Shown in pieces: positions 51,530 through 61,600 of a stretch of 64,000 bases of DNA. A program made the position numbers and the translations under genes. A model generated the notes under the pieces. It saw only the letters and a program-made list of their open reading frames with translations. It was not told the DNA's origin and did not search any database. How positions within the stretch are numbered: position 1 is the first letter of the stretch; each line of letters begins with the position of its first letter. This stretch comes from Marsupella aquatica (taxonomy: Eukaryota; Plantae; Marchantiophyta), in the NCBI GenBank assembly GCA_973895155.1, contig OZ316892.1, positions 22,855,168 to 22,919,167 of the forward strand, written 5' to 3'.

Positions 51530-53313
51530 GTGATATACATTCATTGTAAAGAACCCATTTCAAGGTGAGACCCCACTGTCCCACACCAGGAGGGAGAGAG
51601 GATTAAATCAGGGTCACCGGGGCCCAAGGAGTACTCAAACCTCCCATTCACTATTCACAAAACCCATCTCACCCACACACACATATACTCTCCACACCCC
51701 TGTGTGTATGGAGGGGGATTGAACCTGGGCCCTTCAATTCCAGGCTAATCCCCTATCCAACTGACCTAAGCCAGTTGGTTGTAGGATTCTTTTGCAACAC
51801 TTTGTCTTCCATTATTTAAAGGAGAAACACTTATGTATCACACGGCCAACAAAAAGCAAAGGAGACAACACCCAAAACTAACAAAGGGAATAGGACCCCA
51901 AAGGCAGGAGACACACTAAAGGAGAGAAACCCAAAAAACCTCAAGAAGACCAAGGAGCCCAAAAGCATGAAACCCAAGAAGAGAAAGAGACAATATAAAT
52001 CCTTATTGAGCATGCTTGTGGTTATAGGTCATAGCCCAAATATTGGCTTATTCATAGGATCAACAAGCCCTTTACCCAGACCTCCCCATGCCCATCCGTA
52101 CTCACAAAGCATAGTCTTATATGTATAAAAACATCACTCAATGGAATTGTGATGAATGCTATACTTCAATCACAAATGACATTACAGAATGATGTAGATA
52201 TGCTAGTTTGTAAGACTTATTTTCAACACATTGGGTGAGGGGCAGGTGCCTCTTGGAGCTGTGCCTTTAGGCTTTTGGATGGAGACTGCTTTACCTGGCT
52301 TTTACCTCATATTTACAGTCTGCTGGTGCTATGATTGTTTGAATGATCAAACTTACTTCTAATCTGACTCCAGAGCCACAGTTCTTTTTAGTTAGTTGGG
52401 AATTTTGGCCAAATTCTCACCCAAAATTTGTGTTGGCTACTAGTATAAAAGAATGTAAATCAGATATTGGGACACCAATTCTCACTACTCTTCCTTGCTT
52501 AGGACCCCATCAGATTTGGCAGTCACATTCAAATTGTGGAAAATCTAATGGTGCAGACATATCTGTCAAATATGACGAAAGTGTCGTTGACCACAAATGA
52601 GATGGTCAAGCGATTGGACACTGCAGGGAGTCAGCTTGGCAACTGGATGTCATGGAGTGCAAGCTCTGGGAGAGTGGCAGGTTGGGCATGGAAAATGCAC
52701 ACATTGACACCTTTAGGTTCAATCACTATATTCATTAAAACTGAAATTATAAAGGATATAGGGAAATTTGGCGATTTAAAAACATAGTTTTAGGCATGAA
52801 TATTGTAAATTTGGAAGATGAAAAATGAAAATTCAAGCATCATTAAATGTAAATTTGGGGACAAAAAAATGAAATTTTGGGAAAGTAAAATATTAAATTG
52901 GATGATATTAAAAAACATTTGGGTGATAAAAGTGTTCATTTGGTTGGAAAATAGATAGAATCTAGTAATAACATATAAGCTTGGATAGCATCTATATTCA
53001 AAACATTTAGCTTGAGTAAGATATCTAACTAAGCACCAATACAATGGAATGACTATAGTGTCTAGACAAAGTTAACTAGGATGATATCCAACCTACTAGA
53101 AGGAATGAAATGGCATCATTTTCTAGAATTAAAATATACTAAGACAAATAAAATAATAATTATAAGAAAGTCCATTCAATAGCTTTGAGAGATCATAGAG
53201 TATTAATTTGATTGTCTTGTTCTCTCACTTTAGACCAACGCATGGAAATCAACTCGACCCTCTTAATCACAAGTCATTTGAGTGGAGACTTGTAACCTAC
53301 GAGTTCTATCAAT

Positions 53314-56300
53314 CTACTCATCAATTATACCTTCCATGTAAATTTTGAGAGTTTTCAAAACATTCTTAGGAATTGTCAAACCTCTATCCATAATATTTTG
53401 TTCTTTAGCACCTGACTTAAACCCATACATTGCAGAATTTGCAAACTGTCAACTTTGAGTAACATTGTCAAACCCAGGTTTGACACTATTGAATAACGGC
53501 ACCAAGTCTTAGTGGTTTGAAAGCAACGTTCATATCGAACATCATCCTTTGCATCATGCTTACCATGTTTAGGCCTCCACCATTGTACTTGGAACATAGG
53601 AGCATTCCTAAGAGGAATGCTCTCAACAGACGTTGAAGAAGACCCTTCAATATGTTGCAAATCTGTTGAGGGAACCTCATGGTTTGGATCCACACCACCC
53701 AAAGCTCGAACCAACCAGAAACGCCCTTTGCCATTTTCCTGTTCCCATTCATCCTCTGGACGTAAAAATACAAAGTGACCTTCTTGAATATCTTGTAGAG
53801 GAATCCAACGTGTAGGTTCTCGCTCTTGTCGTGCACCAACAAAGGGTGCAGCTTGATCTTCCATCTCTTCCATGTACTCATTTTGAAGGTCCATCATCTC
53901 TGGATTTTGAGAAGGTTCACTTGACGGCTGAGATGTCCCCAAAATCATCTTGTAACCTGTGCCATGGTTAGTCTTTGGCCAAAAATCAGTTGTCAATGGC
54001 AAATGTCTTTCCCCCTCCCCTTCTATTGTAAGTTCCTCGGACAGTGCTTGCACAAGATTCTCCCAATATTTGACCAGAGGAAATCTCTCTTTATATGCTG
54101 TAGAGGTCTCATCCTTACAAATTTTCTTCAAGAAATCAATATAGCGATTAAGGAATGGGATGATTTCTCCAGCCTTCTTTTGTACATCCCCAGATATAGG
54201 TTTTGCAAATGGTTGGCCTTCCGGTAAAATGAGCGCATTTGTGATGGGATCAGTTCTCCAAATGGACCTCCCCATTGCCGGAAGCCAAGGTTGCTTGACA
54301 TGTGCTTTATATTGATACACTGGCACATTATCCCTCATGGAGAAAAGAAATGCCACTGGTTTTGAGTGACCTTCTATCTCTTTCACCTGGAAAGTTTTCA
54401 AATACTCCTTGTAAGATGCAACCTCTTGAATCAATCGTGGTACAGGATGAATGCTTTCACACTCCCAAACCTCAGCCATCAACCCCAAGAGGGTAGCAAC
54501 CTCTTTGTATCTGACCTGTTTGGATACTTGAGAAAATAATGCATCCACGTCTTCATGGGTGTGGCCAACCATGAGGAATGACATTTGCACAGTTTCAAAC
54601 ACCCCCCTGCTAACAAGCTCAGTGCAAAATGCCATCACATATTGATTTTTGTTATCTTTCCCTGAATTGTCCATCTGCAACGTTAGGTGCCTTGGTAAGG
54701 GCTTGAAAGAGCCCCTAGTAGTCTTAGGATCATCCTTAGAACCAACATCCACTGTGCTTGACATTTTAGTCTCCTGACCATCTTCAATGCCTTGAAATCG
54801 AACAATTGAAACATTTTTGGGTTCCAAGTAACCGGCCAGAAATGCTTCAAAGTCTAGAAGGGACTGAAATATTGGCCTAGTTGCATTCCAATTCAATCCC
54901 TCAAGAAGGTCTCCAGTTTTGTCTCCTGTGTAATCTTCCAAATCTCGGAGGCATTTGGCCAAAGATGTCACGGTAAAGTCTGCATCTCCAGGCCAAAGTC
55001 CAGTCAAACTGAAATGTGCATACACTCCAGGATCTCTTCCATGGGTTAACATCCCAGTAAGAGCAATAGGCAAAGGCTGACCACTACCAGAGAGGGATTT
55101 TGGAGTGGGGACCAACCTGGGGATCCAAGTCTTGGCTTGATCCATCTTATCGTGAATAATGCAAAGATAGTTTTGAGGATCCTTCTTTGCAAGAACCCTA
55201 TGAGCATAGTAAACATATCTTCTTGACATTTGTTCACGAAGATGTCGCGCTCTTTTCTCTTCAATCTCTGCACGCTCTTTTTTTCTCTTCTCCCGCATCA
55301 ATTGATCTTTGAACTCAGTGCAAAATGTGCACTTGGCAAATGCACTTCCCTTGTGAAAGTCAAAATTATCAAATGAGTTTTTCCAGATGTTGTACATAGT
55401 AACTTCAGTAACCTTAGCAAACCCATCTAATTCCATCTTGGTAAACACCTCTTGGAAAATCTCCTTCTTAGTAAAACAAGATGGGAGCCGATATTCAATA
55501 GTGTCAGTGCCGTTGGACCCACCATAGGGAAGATGTGGCATTGGTTCCCCATTTTGGATTAAAATGGACTCCAACAAGGCGCGAGCATGCAAAGTGCTTG
55601 ATCGTGTCTTCCGTTGTCCCTGATTTCCATGGAAACCAATTGTGCAACCAGCTTCGTATTGATTTTTGTAGTCATAGTACTTTGTTGTACTGAACCCATG
55701 CATTTTAATAAATGCATCTTTACAAACCACACGTCCCTTTAGAACAAAAAATCCCTTTCTCTTGACTTGCTCCTCTCTACACCCAAAGAGACTAAAGATG
55801 TGACTTGTTTTGTTGTCACTTGACATTCCATGGTATTCCCTCCTCATTGCCTCTAAGTCCTCCCTGGGCATGTTCAAGCAACACTTCAGCTTGCAACAAC
55901 CTTCTCTTTGGATGGAATCAATGGACTCCTCGTTAATTTTCAAAAGTGCCCTCTACTCCAAATGCCTTTTCTTCCTCTCCTCAAGATCAACTTTTGTCCT
56001 CCTAATGAAATTGTATGGTCTTTTTGTAGGTTTACCATCACCATCCGAATCCGGATCGCCCTTAGTTCGACCCGACTCCATCCACTTCTCTGAAACTTCC
56101 TCAAGGATATCCCCAAGAAACCTTTGAGACAAAATCAATAGAAGGGATTTGATTTCCCACCTCACCAAGCCAGGGGTACCAACACGGATATTTGGAAATA
56201 ATCCGGGTTCATTGATATTCACAACAGCAACACCAACATGATCTGCACCAAGAAGTTCATCGTCAACGGCACCTGTTTCAAATGGGACCGTGATAACACC

Positions 56301-57044
56301 TGTTGCAACCTTTCGACAACGAGAAGCGTCATACAAATCAACCTCCTCCGCCATCCAGTTGGAACGTAGTGTAAAATCTTTTAATGGAAGATCATTAAAA
56401 ATATTTGAACTACCAAACACGCCAAAATCTCAAAGAGTGCCCTTTTTAGAAACATGCGCAACATCCCAGATAACCCAGGTATGCAAGGCCTCTGCTATTG
56501 TATCAGCTCCAGGGTGCGAGTATGGCAATTTTTGATTTCCCTTAACAATATCAAATATTCTTATACTAATGCGACCAACCCCGAGTGTTTCAGTATGACA
56601 AATATCCATCGGATTTGTCTTGAAAACAACTCCATTTGCAACCAACTGATCAAAAATGAACATCTGAACTTCATCTCCTTCCTTGAGCACGTCCTCTTCA
56701 ACCCTTGCATCACTTTTGGATTTATCATTTCCAGCATCTCCAGCCAAAGAGAAATCATCGACATTGATTCTTCGGCGCTGAGTTGATGACCTCAAGTATG
56801 CCAATGCACAATCCCAAATCACGCAGGAGTCAATTGCCTCAGCCAATGTAGAAAATTTGGGCAAAGGAAATGGAAGTTGACGCGATCCATCAAAACACTT
56901 TTCGATCAATACCCCAATTCGATTGTCCCCTAGACAAATGTTCTGTATAGTATCCTGGGGGTCAACCTTTTGAACTATCCCAATTGCCGTTTCAAATCCA
57001 TCGATCACCAATGACACTTCATCCCCTCGTGTAAAATTGATCAT
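53314..57044 (-). pseudogene. Sola/DUF7869-like DDD transposase with 3 N-terminal TNP1/EnSpm-like domains; interrupted by stops
   Basis: ORFs 57044-56430, 56420-55953 and 55943-53376 share one frame, separated only by TGA (56432-56430) and TAG (55955-55953). Motifs: FAKCTFC...H, IIHDKMDQAKT..P, LTLQMDNSGKDNKN, SFLMVGHTHEDVDALFS. A probable frameshift near 53480 implies the original C-terminus ended at 53314. Confidence 0.82.
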
Positions 57045-57170
57045 GATAGCGGACTATCTGTATTCAAATAAAGTTAGAAATTGTTAAGTTCCCCATGTTA
57101 CAATCATGTTTCAAAATCTGGACTCTCCTCCAAAAAATATTGTAAAATCACTCAAAACCCTAAATACATT

Positions 57171-57500
57171 CAAGTCGGGTCGGAATTATTTCGACCCTCC
57201 TCCAACATTATGTCTTGAAATGATTGAATTGACTAAACATTTACAAGTCGGGTCGGAATTATTTCGACCCTCCTCCAACAATATGTCTTGAAATGATTGA
57301 ATTGACTAAACATTTACAAGTTGGGTCGGAATTATTTCGACCCTCCTCCAACAATATGTCTTAAAATGATTGAATTGACTAAAGATTTACAAGTCGGGTC
57401 GGAATTATTTCGACCCTCCTCCAACAATATGTCTTAAAATGATTTAATTGACTAAACATTGATAAGTTGGGTCGGAATTATTTCGACCCTACTCCAACTA
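57171..57500 (+). repeat. 73-bp tandem array (~4.5 copies), each with a 21-bp near-palindrome GGGTCGGAATTATTTCGACCC
   Basis: Units start at 57171, 57244, 57317, 57390 and 57463. An inverted partial copy lies at ~57600-57621. Confidence 0.95.
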
Positions 57501-58661
57501 TTAAGTTGAAATTATGTCAAAACTATTTGTGAAACTATCTTGCTTATGCTTTTATATACCAGTTTAAAATGCTAGTTAAGATGACATAGTCAAGTTGGCA
57601 CGAAATAATTCCGACCCACTTCTAGAAACTATGTTAGTAATCACATAAAGGGGTACAGTAAGTTCTACACATGTTAGACTGTGGATAAAGGTTTAGAATG
57701 AGTAAAATATATGATCTAGAACCTAATGTGTAAATCTTAATCTAGGTTTGGCTTAAAGGTATTGAATTAGATGTAGTTGAGCTAGTACTTCTAAGATAAA
57801 TAAATAAAAACACTAACCTGCTCCGCAATATATCTCTGTCCACCCTTGTACAAGCTAAATGGGTACCTTGGATGCCAGCATTGTAACTCTTAGCACCACA
57901 GTGCTCACCACTGCCCTTACTAAACCTTGCATTCAACCATGCGGACCTAAACAAGGCACTCGGACAGAGGAGAGTCAGCGATTGTACCAATCACTGTCTA
58001 AATGACAATGAACCAAAAAATGGATTGTGGGAGGTCTATACTCAGTTTGAGAGGCAAAAAGCCCACATATTACCCAGCACACGAGTGGACACCAACAGAT
58101 CGGGCACGGGTGGATGAGGCACGCACCCAGCACACAAGTAGACATCGGATAGGGTGTCAGCCAATCACTCACGAGTGATAGGTGAGTTGCGAGCACACAC
58201 CGCTGACAGCTCGGAAGTTTAAAATTGGTAGGTGAGTCGCGAGTGGTCGTGAGTGGTCACACCATCGGTGACTCACGATCACATGCACCGAGGAGGGTCT
58301 CCATCATTGGCGCGCATTGATGCCTCCGTACCCTCTCGGATCCTTGCCTCCTCGGACTCCTCGCTCGCAGGGGGTATAGGAAGGCAGGCCTTGCGCTTGA
58401 GGCCTCATTTCCTTGCCTCCCTCTTGCCTCCTCTCTCGTCTCCTCACTCCTTGCCTCCCTCTTGCCTCGCTCTAGGGCTTTTGTTTTTGCCTCGCTCTTG
58501 GGATTTGTTTTCCGCCTCGCTCTAAGGCTTTTATTTCCGCCTTGCTCCCTTCCCTTTTGGGTCGCTCCCTCGATCATTGTTTGCCTGTTAGTGCCCTCTT
58601 GCAGCCTGTGGCATTCTCCATTGCTGCCACGTGTCATCTTAAATCTCACTCGCCCCTTACA

Positions 58662-61600
58662 ATGTCTACTTCCTCCAGTTCTGAAGCTTCCACCACCTCC
58701 GCCAGTTCTCAAGAGTCATTGAACTTCAATTATAACTCTCTGTATGAATATGACCCTGAAGACCCGGATGTCCAAAAATTGGTTAACAATGTGTTGGAGG
58801 CGTCAAAGAAAGCCCAGTTAACTTTTCCACGTAAGGCACCACCTGCTTCAACTTCTTGCCTCGCCCTTAGGGCGAGGCAACTTTACTTTAATTTGGATTT
58901 CAAACTTCTTATTAGGAAAATTTCTATATTCCTTTGCAGTCGCCTCGCCCCAAGGTCGAGGCGATGTCTACTTCATTCTAGATTTCTTGTTGCTCTGAAG
59001 GCGTATTGGACCTTGTATCTTACATTAATAAAGGATCTTTAGCTATATTCTATTTTTTGCCTCGCTCTTGGGGCAAGGCGATGTCGTCTGCATTCCTCAA
59101 ATGTAGTCTACATTCCCAGAAGTTGCCTCGCCCTTGGGGCGAGGCGATGTTATCTGCATTCCTAAATGTTGTCTGCATTCCCAGAAGTTGCCTCGCCCTT
59201 GGGGCGGGCGATGTCCTCTACATTCCTAAATGTTGTCTGCTTTCCCAGAAGTTGCCTCGCCCTTGGGGCGAGGCGATGTCCTCTGCATTCCTAAATGTTG
59301 TTTGCTTTCCAGAAGTTGCCTCGCCCTTGGGGCGAGGCGATGTTGTCTACATTCCTAAATGTTGTTTGCTTTCCTAGAAGTTGCCTCGCCCTTGGGGCGA
59401 GGCAATGTCGTCTGCATTCCTAAATAATGTTTGATTGCTTGGATGAGGTGGCAGGGCTAATTGCACTAGGAGCAAAGAAGATTTTGCAATCTTCTATTTG
59501 TCGCCTCGCCCCAAGGGCGAGGCACCTTGAAAGTTTTCCACATGTCAATGTTAAAAATATGATGCTGACCATTTTGTTTTCAATGTTTCTTACCAGGAAA
59601 AAATCTTGAGAAGCCGAAGTTAAATATTATGGACGAGGATATCAAGGACTTTGTTTTCCCTGACCAAGATACTCCAGGATTTAGATGGGCACTAGAAGTT
59701 GGGGTGTCGGCGGAAGGCAGTCTCTTGATTTGTTTCAAGGGCCTCACAAGTCAATTGAATGACCGCAAGACAATTGTTACTCTAGGTCCAGTCGTCCTTG
59801 TGAACATGGACAACAACGGCAATGCAACGATTATTGTTGAGTCCAATGAGAAATCTCAGTGGATGAGACTTCTAGTGCCAATAAAACTCTACTCGACTTT
59901 ACTGAATGTTGAGTGGATGGCTCGATTGGAGATAAGCGTAGCTGATATGGGATTCTTCCCAGATGGAGTAACAATTGATCAGATGTTTGAGAAGACGCGT
60001 TCTCAAATAAGTGGAGTTGACCTAGTGTTTGGATTTCTCTACGTAAAGAAGCACATGCATGACAATGCGGACAGTGTGGACCCTCCGTCTACTTGGATAG
60101 TTCAAAGGATGATTGATAAGGCACATTTTTCATACGAGCAAGCAATCGACAAGAGTTTCATTTTTTGTCCAGAGTTTCAAGAGGCCGCGTGCCGGACGTG
60201 GATTTCAGAGATGAAGAAAAAAGAAGCAAAGCATAAGGCAAAGGAGAGAAAGAAGACAGTGGAAAGAAGTGCGCCATCAAAGACAGAGAAGAAACGAAAG
60301 CTTCAAGAGCCGGTTGTTCAACAAGAGAAACAATCTGGGAGTTCACGCCGTAAGAAGATGGCTAAAAAAATGAAGATGATGAGGGCCCCCAAAAAAAGCA
60401 GACAAAGAAGGCAAAGGTTGCGAAATCAAAACCAATGTCAGGGTCGACTTCAAACTTTGTCTTGCATCCAGAGATGATATGTGTCCGACAGAAGGACCCA
60501 AAGAAGATGATGTGCTCAAAGGCCAAGAGGTTTTGCGTAATATTGAGCAGTATTATACTTTTGGCATCCGCGAAGTTTTTGATATTCCTGTAAAAAGTAT
60601 TAATCCGCCATCGGCCGTTTTTGTATATCGAATGTTCAATCTTTCGCATGCAATGGAGATATCAAAGTCTATGATGAAAAACCCTGGACAGGAACCACAA
60701 GTTGCTGATTTGATTCTGTATCGCGAGAGCACTAAACAGTTGCTTCATTATGACAACACACCTCAGGATAGGAAAGAGTTTTTGATTGGTGTGAAGAAGC
60801 ATGAGATCCAATTCCTTGCCATCAGTGGCCAGCATTCTGCAAGAGCTGCCCAATGGATCCAAGGGTGGGCCGAGACTGACGCCAAACTGACAGATCTTGC
60901 CAACAAACTAAAGTATAGGAAAGCAAGGATCCTATCTGACCTCACTCCGAAGACAATTTTGGTTGAGCATTCAAGTTTATCGAATGCTGTCAATGATACT
61001 ATGCAATTTAAGTCTTGTTTTTTAGAGACTATTGTTCATGCACGAAGGCAGTTTGAGGAGTGCGGGAAACCGCCGCGTCCAGGGATTGGGACCAATCAAA
61101 ATACAGACAGGAAAAACTATCAGGTACATGTTGGAGCAACGCAAACTATTCTTGATCCGCTTTGTTTAAAGATTGTCAATGGTAGAGGTTTGCCTCGCCC
61201 CAAGGGCGAGGCTGCCTTTTCTTGTTTTCCTTGGTTAGAAGATTAAAGCAAATGTTTGCCTCACCCTCAGGGCGAGGCAACCTAGACTAGTCTCTCTAAG
61301 AATAATTCCCTAGTTCCGTTTCAGTCAATTGCGGTTAGATGTAGAGGTTCGCCACGCCCTTGGGGCGAGGCGGCTTAGCCTGTTTCAAACATAGGTATAA
61401 ATTTTCTAACATATGCATTGTACCCTGAAACTAATGTCAAGTCCATTGGATATGCAGGATTGGTTTGCCCTGGCAAAGGTTACAATGGGGAAGTCAAGCC
61501 TAAAGAGCATTTATTGGTTACTTTTTGCCGAAGATGAGCTCTTTGAATTATGGCGGAACGTGTGTGCAAAATGGTTGAGTGGGAAGCTCCAAGACGGGGC

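Larger units (their letters stand above)
50887..51781 (-). mobile_element. tRNA-derived SINE (family B) interrupted by two nested insertions
   Basis: 13-bp TSD taggattcttttg (50874-50886 and 51782-51794). Head with B box at ~51716-51726. The tail gtagactctccccacccc-aatagt-gacatacat is contiguous in the copy at ~28002-28040 but split here. Confidence 0.85.

Noticed and set aside
52724-52740. CACTA terminus implying a canonical CACTA element
   Set aside because: Only a pentamer with no visible partner end, and the catalytic core is not TnpD-like. Kept only as a tentative boundary.
57171-57500. CRISPR-like array (palindromic repeats at regular spacing)
   Set aside because: The spacers are near-identical rather than unique, there are no cas genes, and the context is eukaryotic. 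It is a tandem repeat. The same applies to 59057-59425.
59006-59377. 123-aa repetitive ORF
   Set aside because: Translation of the 65-bp intronic tandem array.
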